Below, in pieces: positions 23,205 through 35,300 of a stretch of 64,000 nucleotides of DNA (the first letter of the stretch is position 1; each line of letters begins with the position of its first letter). Under the pieces are notes generated by a model. The model saw nothing but the letters and a program-made list of their open reading frames with translations. It was not told the DNA's origin and ran no database searches. Position numbers and translations under genes: made by a program. This DNA is from Octopus sinensis (taxonomy: Eukaryota): assembly GCF_006345805.1 (NCBI RefSeq), contig NC_043001.1, forward strand, positions 128,154,001 through 128,218,000. Reading direction: 5' to 3'.

Positions 23205-24725
23205 TGCATGTGGGTGGCACGTTGTGCAGGTGGCACGTAAAAAGCACCCACTACACTCACGGAGTGGTTGGCGTTAGGAAGGGCATCCAGCTGTAGAAAC
23301 ATTGCCAAATTAGACTGGAGCCTGGTGCAGCCTTCTGGCTTCCAGAACCCCGGTCGAACCGTCCAACCCATGCTAGCATGGAGAACGGACGTTAAACGAC
23401 GATGATGATGATGATGATATGGAATTTGGAATTTGTATCTTTGTGGTACCAGTGCCGGTGGCACACAAGAGAAAACCATCCGAAAGTGGCCGTAGCCAGT
23501 ACCGCATCGACTGGCCTCCGTGCTGTGGGCACATGACAAACACCATCCGATCGTGGCCGTTCGCCAGCCTCATCTAGCACCTGTGTCGGTGGCACATAAA
23601 AAAACCATCGAAGACCCGGCAAGACTAGTCAGGCCATAACCCATGGCCCCTACCTGGGACGTAGTCAGTCCACCTGTGCATACCTTCCTTCTTGTGACAC
23701 TTGTGAAGACCTGTTGAGGCAAGTGAAAATCAAATCAAAACAAATCAAAATAGATGAACATCAATGGAATCTGTATCTTTGTGGTACCAGTGCCGGTGGC
23801 ACACACTTTGTGGTACCAGTGCCGGTGGCACACAAGAGAACCATCCGAACGTGGCCGTAGCCAGTTCCGCATCGACCGGCCTCCGTGCTGTGGGCACGTA
23901 ACAAACACCATCCGATCATGGCTGTTCGCCAGCCTCATCTGGCACTGTGTCGGTGGCACATAAAAACACCTTCCGAAGACCCGGCAAGACTAGTCAGTCC
24001 ACCTGTGCATACCTTCCTTCTTGTGACACTTGTGAAGACCGGTTGAGGCAAGTGAAAATCAAATCAAATCAAAATAGACAAAATAGATGAACATCAATGG
24101 AATTTGTATCCTGTGGTACCAGTGCCTGTGGCACACAAGAAATCCATCAGTGCCGTAGTCAGTGCGGTGGGCACATGACAAACACCATCCGATCGTGGCC
24201 GTTCGCCAGCCTCATCTAGCACCTGTGTCGGTGGCACATAAAAACACCATCCGAGCGTGGCCATCTGCCAGCCTCGTCTGGCACCTGTGTCGGTGGCACA
24301 TAAAAAACACCATCCGAGCGTGGCCGTCTGCCAGCCTCGTCTGGCACCTGTGTCGGTGGCACATAAAAACACCATCCGAGCATGCCATCTGCCAGCCTCG
24401 TCTGGCACCTGTGTCGGTGGCACATAAAAACACCATCCGAGCGTGACCGTCTGCCAGCCTCGTCTGGCACTGTGTCGGTGGCACATAAAAAACACCATCC
24501 GAGCGTGGCCGTTTGCCAGCCTCATCTGGCACCTGTGTCGGTGGCACATAAAATCACCCACTACAATCTCGGAGTGGTTGGCGTTAGGAAGGGCATCCAG
24601 CTGTAGAAACACTGCCAGATCTGACTGGACTGGTGCAGCTTTCGGGCTCCCCAGACCCCAGTTGAACCGTCCAACCCATGCTAGCATGGAAAGCGGACGT
24701 TAAATGATGATGATGATGATGATGA
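23205..24725 (+). mobile_element. Head-to-tail cluster of non-autonomous RTE-3'-end-derived elements with internal ~60-bp tandem module
   Basis: Shares GTTGGCGTTAGGAAGGGCATCCAGCTGTAG and the (GAT)n tail with the RTE 3' UTR. About 6-7 copies of AAAAACACCATCCGAGCGTGGCC..GCCAGCCTCGTCTGGCACCTGTGTCGGTGGCACAT lie at about 24175-24550. Confidence 0.8.
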
Positions 24726-24727
24726 TG

Positions 24728-24762
<35 letters not shown>

Positions 24763-25351
24763 CACTGGCGAAAATAAATTTAAGACCGATGATAAAAGTT
24801 CTATTTCTTACAAAATATTTTGTTACTAACACCATACAAATTATTTTTATCTTTTACACCTATACAGAATTTATTTCTCTTTCGAATGATGCACACACCC
24901 ACACCCACACACACACACACACACAGACACACACACACACACACAATTATGTACATGTGCATTATTTTAATTCTTGGCCTGAAGAATTACTAATTGGAGA
25001 TGTCTTACATGTTTTTCTACATTTATACCTATGGAACTCCTATTAATAATGAAACATAGGTAATGCAGAAAAATAATACCAATAAAAATTTTCCAGTTTT
25101 CTGTTTTAATATGTAATTACTCTGCAATGAGTATTTTCCAGTATTTTCAATTCTCATATCTACAAGTATACTTTGGAATATTAAAATATGTACTCCTTGA
25201 GCACAGCGTTTAGATTATAACCCTGTCTATTTATTTCTCTCACTCTCTTTTTTCTTTTATCTTTTACCTGTTTCAGACATTCGGCCGTGGCCATGCTGGG
25301 GCACTGCCTTGGAGAATTTTGGTCAGATGAATGAACCCCAATACCTGTATA

Positions 25352-25390
<39 letters not shown>

Positions 25391-25692
25391 AAGTACTGGT
25401 ACTTAGTCTATCAGTCTCTTTAGCCAAACTTCTAAGTTATGGGAACATAAGGACACCATAATCGATTGTCAAACGATGTGAGGGACAAACACAAACAAAC
25501 ACACACACACACATGATAGGCTTCTTCAGTTTCTTTGTACCAAATCCACTCGCAAGGCTTTGGTTGGCCTGAGGCTATCGTAGAAGACACTTGCCCAAGG
25601 TGCCATGCAGTGGTACTGAACCTGGGACAATGTCATTGGGAAAACAGGCTTCTTACCACATAGTCATGCCTATACATATATATAAATATATA

Positions 25693-25860
25693 GGCATAGG
25701 AGTGGCTGTGTGGTAAGTAGCTTGCTTACCAACCACATGGTTCCGGGTTCAGTCCCACTGTGTGGCACCTTGGGCAAGTCTCTTTATAGCCTCAGGCCGA
25801 CCAAAGCCTTGTGAGTGGATTTGGTAGACGGAAACTGAAAGAAGCCTGTTGTATATATGT

Positions 25861-25936
<76 letters not shown>

Positions 25937-26165
25937 GTATACATATATATATGTATGTGTGTGTGTGTGTATATGTTTGTGTGTCTGTGTTTGTCCCCCA
26001 ACATCGCTTGACAACCGATGCTGGTGTGTTTATGTCCCTGGCAAAAGAGACCGATAGAATATGTACTAGACTTGCAAAGAATAAGTCCTGGGGTCGATTT
26101 GGTCGACTAAAGGCAGTGCTCCAGCATGGCCACAGTCAAATGACTGAAACAAGTAAAAGATTAAG
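25693..26165 (+). mobile_element. SINE family A with expanded central (TA)n; a decayed opposite-strand copy lies at about 25250-25680
   Basis: Head and tail homologous to 8272-8671. Confidence 0.82.
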
Positions 26166-26376
26166 AGAATACGTATATATCCATACATATACAAATAAAC
26201 ACCTCTCATTGTACTGTTTTATCTGTGCAGACTATCTGGTTTTTCAAATTTGTTCATGAATTATTTTCCTATCAGTTTCGAAGTTGATGGAGATACTTCA
26301 CAGAAGCACTTTAACTAATTTGTAGTTGCTCTGCAACATCAGGTGGCTTACAATGGAGATTATTTTCAACAATCTA

Positions 26377-26889
26377 CCATAAATCCTTGAGTATAATCTG
26401 CCCTTGAGTATAATACGCAGGGGATTTTTAGAAGGCTGTACCTCTGAAAAACCTAAACCTTGTGTATGATACACACCACTTCTCTAACTTGAGTCAAGGA
26501 GGTCTATATAACGTCCTTGGTTTGTAAAAATGTATACGGTAATGTCCTTTATTATTATTGTATAATATAACATAATGCAAACATGTAGCTGTTTTGCACA
26601 TTTTGTTTGCAGAAAATAAAGAAATAACAGTAATAACGTTTAATAAATGTTGCTTACTGCAAGTTATGGTTGATTCTTTTATAACTTCATTGCTTTCAGG
26701 CTTAGCTTAAGGTATTTTTGTGCCTGACATCACAAAATGCGTCTGAATAAATATTGCCAGACAGCAAATAGAGACTTGGACATTGCTTAGGAAATATTTT
26801 TCATTTTTAATCTCGTATATAGTACACACTAGGGATTTTGACCTTTAAATTTTGGGGAAAAAATGCGGATTACACTCGAGGATTTATGG
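26377..26889. mobile_element. Tc1/mariner-superfamily (pogo/Tigger-like) MITE with TA TSD
   Basis: TA|CCATAAATCCTTGAGTATAATCTGC ... GCGGATTACACTCGAGGATTTATGG|TA; 25-bp TIR with 22 matches. Confidence 0.85.
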
Positions 26890-27869
26890 TACTTGACAGC
26901 TTGAAGACACCTGTCAGAGAGCCCAGGTCAATTTGAGTGGGACACTGTTGGTTCCTTTTCTTTTGCTGGTGAATTGTGCTATCACTCTTTTGACTCTAGC
27001 AAGAGGAAAGCCAAGGTTTTGTCCAATCTTACACTAGTAACATCAAAGTTCAAAGCGATCCATAACATGTCCTCTTTGAAAATTAGACAACTTTTGTTTC
27101 TGGTGTTCGCAACAAGACTAGCTGCCATAAACAATTAATATACTGTAATCTCAAGTGAAAATTAATACAAGCTTGAAGCACCAGATAGTGTCCACACACA
27201 GAAAACAATATAATGAGCAGTGTTTATTTACTTATGAGATGTCTGTTTGCCTGCCTGCCTGCCTGACTGTCTGTCTGTCTGTATGTATGTCTGTCTGTAT
27301 GTATGTATGTATGTATGTATGTATGTATGTAGAACAATCTTACTTAGAAAGGGATGCGTGCGTTCCGTCATATAATATATTAATAAATAAAACATATGCA
27401 TATACATATACATATATGTACGTACCTACCTCTACATGTATATATACACGCATATATGAGTACAGGACACAAAAAAAAAAACGTCGAACACAATGAGAAA
27501 CGAAAACATAAACACAAACCCAAGGAACTGGACATTTTTCTTAAACAACAAAAAAATAGAGTACAGGACAAATAACACAAGGAAAAAAAAAAACCCTTCT
27601 TCAGTCTGTGTGTATGTATGTATGCTGCAGCAGCAGCAGCAGACAAAGAACATCTAACAGTGATGGTGGAATTACTAAATCATGATCTTTGTGTCTTTGC
27701 ACATCTTCAGTAGCAAGTATCCACTATTAAATGCATGCTTAGAAAAATTTCACTTCCTCTGATATATAGCAAAACAGTGATTAACAAAACACTGGTGTTG
27801 CAAATTTTTGGTGGGCTGAGTAAAAAGCAGTATTAGTTCAGAATATCATTCTGTATATCTTATTTAACA

Positions 27870-27904
<35 letters not shown>

Positions 27905-27906
27905 AA

Positions 27907-28293
27907 TCTCTCTCTATATAAAGCTGAAGTTGTCTGTGTGTGGCAAGTTTGGTAGCCTTCAACTAACACTATCTCCTCCGAGACCTTGCGTCGCAAGTTG
28001 ACCAAAATTGAGAGTATGATAGAAGAAGGCTTGCTCTTCCTTCTATAGAAGAAAAAATTCAAATCAGACCATGTTAACACCAAAAATTATTTACATAAAA
28101 AAGGTGCTTGTTTTCTATGAAAATCCCTATTTTTTACGATTTTTTTGACTGCTGTGTTGCCATTTTCCGGGTGAAAATGTTCACTTAAAGAGAATAACAA
28201 GCTACATTATGCAAAATTTTTACTTTGCAAAAATTCCAATTCTAAAGGGTTGAAAAGAAAACAAACCCAAGCAACGCTGGGCTACACTGCTAG
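27907..28293 (+). mobile_element. Non-autonomous Helitron
   Basis: A|TC 5' end (TCTCTCTCTATATAAAG), 3' hairpin CCCAAGC-AAC-GCTGGG at 28266-28281, then CTAG|T. Confidence 0.8.
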
Positions 28294-28440
28294 TATATGT
28301 ATATATTTATTTATATTATTATTTAAAACAATTTGATTCAGCCCCATGCATCTTTTGAAGGTTTGTCACAGGAACCCAGCTCACCAGGCTCAGGTTTTAA
28401 ATAATAATAATATATGAAACTCCTACTTTGGGAAGATGTA

Positions 28441-28520
28441 TGGGAAGATAAATGGAGGCATAACTTCTCCATCACTAGTGATCACTCCAAAGACTCTGAT
28501 GTTGACTGGATGCTTGATTT
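28441..28520 (-). mobile_element. Tc1/mariner-type transposase remnant
   Basis: Minus strand reads IKHPVNIRVFGVITSDGEVMPPFIFP, resembling the KHP..VMVFG....G.VMPP motif of IS630-Tc1-mariner transposases. Confidence 0.5.
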
Positions 28521-29070
28521 TTATCACTCTCAGCACATGTCCTTAGGTCGCACTGTCCTCAGAGTGACACCCAAACACTCTGAAATGTTTGTATTGGAAC
28601 TTCTGACATGAATGTCAAGCAGTACAGCATGTTGTTTCCAAATTTCTGGCTAAGTGAATTATGTCATGGTGCTTTTTTTCTTACAGACAGTGCCCAACTG
28701 ACCCTACTATACTGTGTAGTTGACAAAATCAAAAACAAACAATGAAATTAAAAATATAAAATGGTGCCAGTTTACTCATTGCACCCTGTATATACATGTG
28801 TGTGTGTGTTTGTGTGTGTGTGCGTGTGTGTGTGTATTTATGTATGTATTTATAGATATTTATTTTATGTGTGTATATACCCCACCACCACATAACAGCT
28901 TCTTTGAAATTCAAATTCCTTTGATTGCTCATCCTTGTGCTGTTGATATTCTTTAATGAGCCTAGTTCTGTGTCTTGCACAATTGTTATCTATCTGAAAT
29001 CACAAACATTATTCAACGACTGATTACATCATAAGAAATAGTTAGATGAGACAGGTATTTATATACTCAC

Positions 29071-29322
29071 ATTTTTTACTGACATTGCACAATGACCAAG
29101 GGCTCTCCTTTTCACATACCTTGAGGTTCCCGACGTTCATTTCCGCAACGTAGACACATTTGACATATTTTATCATGTCGCCTTCTTTCAAAAATCCCGT
29201 TGTAACATTACATGTTCTCCTATCGGTTGTGTTATTTGAATGGCAGTGGTAATAAGCATTGCAATCACATGGATCAAAGAATGACATGTTTTCACTCTTA
29301 CAATTGTGCACACGGCAAAAAT
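29071..29322 (-). CDS. Host membrane-protein gene, extracellular Cys-rich exon; peritrophin-A / chitin-binding type 2 (CBM14)-like
   Basis: Acceptor tttttttcaaattttcag|, donor AAT|gtgagt; 252 nt, symmetric phase 1-1 and compatible with the TM exon. Contains FFDPCDCNAYYHC-x10-C-x17-C-x13-C and N-glycosylation sequons NNT/NTT, NVT, NVS. An alternative donor AAG|gtatgt lies at 29120. Confidence 0.68.
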
Positions 29323-29340
29323 CTGAAAATTTGAAAAAAA

Positions 29341-32300
29341 CTGCATATTAATTTTGAGTCAAGACATATTAATTTTGAGTCAGCTGCATATTAATTTTGA
29401 GTCAAGACATATTAATTTTGAGTCAGCTGCATATTAATTTTGAGTCAGTTGCATATTAATTTTGAGTCAGTTGCATATTAATTTTGAGTCAGTTGCATAT
29501 TAATTTTGAGTCAAGACATATTAATTTTGAGTCACGACATATTAATTTTGAGTCAGCTGCATATTAATTTTGAGTCAAGACATATTAATTTTGAGTCAGT
29601 TGCATATTAATTTTGAGTCAGTTGCATATTAATTTTGAGTCAGTTGCATATTAATTTTGAGTCAAGACATATTAATTTTGAGTCAAGACATATTAATTTT
29701 GAGTCAGCTGCATATTAATTTTGAGTCAGCTGCATATTAATTTTGAGTCAGCTGCATATTAATTTTGAGTCAGTTGCATATTAATTTTGAGTCAGTTGCA
29801 TATTAATTTTGAGTCAAGACATATTAATTTTGAGTCAAAACATTAATTTTGAGTCAGCTGCATATTAATTTTGAGTCAGCTGCATATTAATTTTGAGTCA
29901 GTTGCATATTAATTTTGAGTCAGTTGCATATTAATTTTGAGTCAAGACATATTAATTTTGAGTCAAGACATTAATTTTGAGTCAGCTGCATATTAATTTT
30001 GAGTCAGTTGCATATTAATTTTGAGTCAGTTGCATATTAATTTTGAGTCAAGACATATTAATTTTGAGTCAAGACATTAATTTTGAGTCAGCTGCATATT
30101 AATTTTGAGTCAGCTGCATATTAATTTTGAGTCAGTTGCATATTAATTTTGAGTCAGTTGCATATTAATTTTGAGTCAGTTGCATATTAATTTTGAGTCA
30201 AGACATTAATTTTGAGTCAGCTGCATATTAATTTTGAGTCAGCTGCATATTAATTTTGAGTCAGTTGCATATTAATTTTGAGTCAGTTGCATATTAATTT
30301 TGAGTCAAGACATATTAATTTTGAGTCAAGACATATTAATTTTGAGTCAGCTGCATATTAATTTTGAGTCAGCTGCATATTAATTTTGAGTCAGTTGCAT
30401 ATTAATTTTGAGTCAAGACATATTAATTTTGAGTCAAGACATATTAATTTTGAGTCAGCTGCATATTAATTTTGAGTCAGTTGCATATTAATTTTGAGTC
30501 AGTTGCATATTAATTTTGAGTCAGTTGCATATTAATTTTGAGTCAGTTGCATATTAATTTTGAGTCAAGACATATTAATTTTGAGTCAAGACATATTAAT
30601 TTTGAGTCAGCTGCATATTAATTTTGAGTCAGCTGCATATTAATTTTGAGTCAGTTGCATATTAATTTTGAGTCAGTTGCATATTAATTATGAGTCAAGA
30701 CATATTAATTTTGAGTCAAGACATATTAATTTTGAGTCAGCTGCATATTAATTTTGAGTCAGTTGCATATTAATTTTGAGTCAGTTGCATATTAATTTTG
30801 AGTCAAGACATATTAATTTTGAGTCAAGACATATTAATTTTGAGTCAGCTGCATATTAATTTTGAGTCAGCTGCATATTAATTTTGAGTCAGTTGCATAT
30901 TAATTTTGAGTCAGTTGCATATTAATTTTGAGTCAAGACATTAATTTTGAGTCAGCTACATATTAATTTTGAGTCAGCTGCATATTATTTTGAGTCAGTT
31001 GCATATTAATTTGAGTCAGTTGCATATTAATTTTGAGTCAAGACATATTAATTTTGAGTCAAGACATATTATTTTGAGTCAGCTGCATATTAATTTTGAG
31101 TCAGCTGCATATTAATTTTGAGTCAGTTGCATATTAATTTTGAGTCAAGACATATTAATTTTGAGTCAAGACATATTAATTTTGAGTCAGCTGCATATTA
31201 ATTTTGAGTCAGTTGCATATTAATTTTGAGTCAGCTGCATATTAATTTTGAGTCAGTTGCATATTAATTTTGAGTCAGTTGCATATTAATTTTGAGTCAA
31301 GACATATTAATTTTGAGTCAAGACATATTAATTTTGAGTCAGCTGCATATTAATTTTGAGTCAGCTGCATATTAATTTTGAGTCAGTTGCACATTAATTT
31401 TGAGTCAGTTGCATATTAATTTTGAGTCAGTTGCATATTAATTTTGAGTCAAGACATATTAATTTTGAGTCAGCTGCATATTAATTTTGAGTCAGCTGCA
31501 TATTAATTTTGAGTCAGTTGCATATTAATTTTAAGTCAGTTGCATATTAATTTTGAGTCAAGGCATATTAATTTTGAGTCAAGACATATTAATTTTGAGT
31601 CAGCTGCATATTAATTTTGAGTCAGCTGCATATTAATTTTGAGTCAGTTGCATATTAATTTTGAGTCAGCTGCATATTAATTTTGAGTCAAGACATATTA
31701 ATTTTGAGTCAGCTGCATATTAATTTTGAGTCAGTGGCATATGAATTTTGAGTCAGCTGCATATTAATTTTGAGTCAGCTGCATATTAATTTTGAGTCAG
31801 TTGCATATTAATTTTGAGTCAAGACATATTAATTTTGAGTCAGCTGCATATTAATTTTGAGTCAGCTGCATATTAATTTTGAGTCAGTTGCATATTAATT
31901 TTGAGTCAGCTGCATATTAATTTTGAGTCAAGACATATTAATTTTGAGTCAGCTGCATATTAATTTTGAGTCAGCTGCATATTAATTTTGAGTCAGCTGC
32001 ATATTAATTTTGAGTCAGCTGCATATTAATTTTGAGTCAGTTGCATATTAATTTTGAGTCAGTTGCATATTAATTTTGAGTCAGTTGCATATTAATTTTG
32101 AGTCAGCTGCATATTAATTTTGAGTCAAGACATATTAATTTTGAGTCAGCTGCATATTAATTTTGAGTCAGCTGCATATTAATTTTGAGTCAGTTGCATA
32201 TTAATTTTGAGTCAGTTGCATATTAATTTTGAGTCAGTTGCATATTAATTTTGAGTCAAGGCATATTAATTTTGAGTCAGCTGCATATTAATTTTGAGTC

Positions 32301-35300
32301 AAGACATATTAATTTTGAGTCAGCTGCATATTAATTTTGAGTCAGCTGCATACTAATTTTGAGTCAAGACATATTAATTTTGAGTCAGCTGCATATTAAT
32401 TTTGAGTCAGTTGCATATTAATTTTGAGTGACGACATATTAATTTTGAGTCAGCTGCATATTAATTTTGAGTCAGTTGCATATTAATTTTGAGTCAGTTG
32501 CATATTAATTTTGAGTCAAGACATATTAATTTTGAGTCAGCTGCATATTAATTTTGAGTCAAGACATATTAATTTTGAGTCAGCTGCATATTAGTTTTGA
32601 GTCAGCTGCATATTAATTTTGAGTCAGTTGCATATTAATTTTGAGTCAGTTGCATATTAATTTTGAGTCAGTTGCATATTAATTTTGAGTCAATACATAT
32701 TAATTTTGAGTCAGTTGCATATTAATTTTGAGTCAAGACATTAATTTTGAGTCAGCTGCATATTAATTTTGAGTCAGCTGCATATTAATTTTGAGTCAGT
32801 TGCATATTAATTTTGAGTCAAGACATATTAATTTTGAGTCAGCTGCATATTAATTTTGAGTCAGCTGCATATTAATTTTGAGTCAGCTGCATATTAATTT
32901 TGAGTCAGCTGCATATTAATTTTGAGTCAGTTGCATATTAATTTTGAGTCAGCTGCATATTAATTTTGAGTCAGCTGCATATTAATTTTGAGTCAGTTGC
33001 ATATTAATTTTGAGTCAAGACATATTAATTTTGAGTCAGCTGCATATTAATTTTGAGTCAGTTGCATATTAATTTTGAGTCAGCTGCATATTAATTTTGA
33101 GTCAGCTGCATATTAATTTTGAGTCAGTTGCATATTAATTTTGAGTCAAGACATATTAATTTTGAGTCAGCTGCATATTAATTTTGAGTCAGTTGCATAT
33201 TAATTTTGAGTCAGTTGCATATTAATTTTGAGTCAGTTGCATATTAATTTTGAGTCAGCTGCATATTAATTTTGAGTCAAGACATATTAATTTTGAGTCA
33301 GCTGCATATTAATTTTGAGTCAGCTGCATATTAATTTTGAGTCAAGACATATTAATTTTGAGTCAAGACATATTAATTTTGAGTCAGCTGCATATTAATT
33401 TTGAGTCAAGACATATTAATTTTGAGTCAGCTGCATATTAATTTTGAGTCAGTTGCATATTAATTTTGAGTCAGCTGCATATTAATTTTGTGTCAAGACA
33501 TTAATTTTGAGTCAGTTGCATATTAATTTTGAGTCAGTTGCATATTAATTTTGAGTCAGCTGCATATTAATTTTGAGTCAGTTGCATATTAATTTTGAGT
33601 CAGCTGCATATTAATTTTGAGTCAGCTGCATATTAATTTTGAGTCAGCTGCATATTAATTTTGAGTCAGCTGCATATTAATTTTGAGTCAGTTGCATATT
33701 AATTTTGAGTCAGCTGCATATTAATTTTGAGTCAGTTGCATATTAATTTTGAGTCAAGACATATTAATTTTGAGTCAGCTGCATATTAATTTTGAGTCAG
33801 TTGCATATTAATTTTGAGTCAGTTGCATATTAATTTTGAGTCAAGACATATCAATTTTGAGTCAAGACATATTAATTTTGAGTCAGCTGCATATTTATTT
33901 TGAGTCAGCTGCATATTAATTTTGAGTCAGCTGCACATTAATTTTGAGTCAGCTGCATATTAATTTTGAGTCAGCTGCATATTAATTTTGAGTCAAGACA
34001 TATTAATTTTGAGTCAACTGCATATTAATTTTGAGTCAGCTGCATATTAATTTTGAGTCAGCTGCATATTAATTTTGAGTCAGCTGCATATTAATTTTGA
34101 GTCAAGACATATTAATTTTGAGTCAGCTGCATATTAATTTTGTGTCAGTTGCATATTAATTTTGAGTCAGCTGCATATTAATTTTGAGTCAGCTGCATAT
34201 TAATTTTGAGTCAGTTGCATATTAATTTTGAGTCAAGACATATTAATTTTGAGTCAGCTGCATATTAATTTTGAGTCAGTTGCATATTAATTTTGAGTCA
34301 GCTGCATATTAATTTTGAGTCAAGAAATTAATTTTGAGTCAGTTGCATATTAATTTTGAGTCAAGACATTAATTTTGAGTCAGCTGCATATTAATTTGGA
34401 GTCAGTTGCATATTAATTTTGAGTCAGCTGCATATTAATTTTGAGTCAGCTGCATATTAATTTTGTGTCAGTTGCATATTAATTTTGAGTCAGCTGCATA
34501 TTAATTTTGAGTCAGTTGCATATTAATTTTGAGTCAGCTGCATATTAATTTTGAGTCAGCTGCATATTAATTTTGAGTCAAGACATATTAATTTTGAGTC
34601 AGCTGCATATTAATTTTGAGTCAGTTGCATATTAATTTTGAGTCAAGACATATTAATTTTGAGTCAGCTGCATATTAATTTTGAGTCAGTTGCATATTAA
34701 TTTTGAGTCAGTTGCATATTAATTTTGAGTCAAGTCATATTAATTTTGAGTCAAGACATATTAATTTTGAGTCAGCTGCATATTAATTTTGAGTCTGCTG
34801 CATATTAATTTTGAGTCAGCTGCATATTAATTTTGAGTCAGCTGCATATTAATTTTGAGTCAAGACATATTAATTTTGAGTCAGCTGCATATTAATTTTG
34901 AGTCAGTTGCATATTAATTTTGAGTCAGTTGCATATTAATTTTGAGTCAAGACATATTAAATTTGAGTCAGCTGCATATTAATTTTGAGTCAGCTGCATA
35001 TTAATTTTGAGTCAGCTGCATATTAATTTTGAGTCAAGACATATTAATTTTGAGTCAGCTGCATATTAATTTTGAGTCAGTTGCATATTAATTTTGAGTC
35101 AAGACATATTAATTTTGAGTCAGTTGCATATTAATTTTGAGTCAAGACATATTAATTTTGAGTCAGCTGCATATTAATTTTGAGTCAGCTGCATATTAAT
35201 TTTGAGTCAGCTGCATATTAATTTTGAGTCAAGACATATTAATTTTGAGTCAGCTGCATATTAATTTTGAGTCAGCTGCATATTAATTTTGAGTCAGCTG

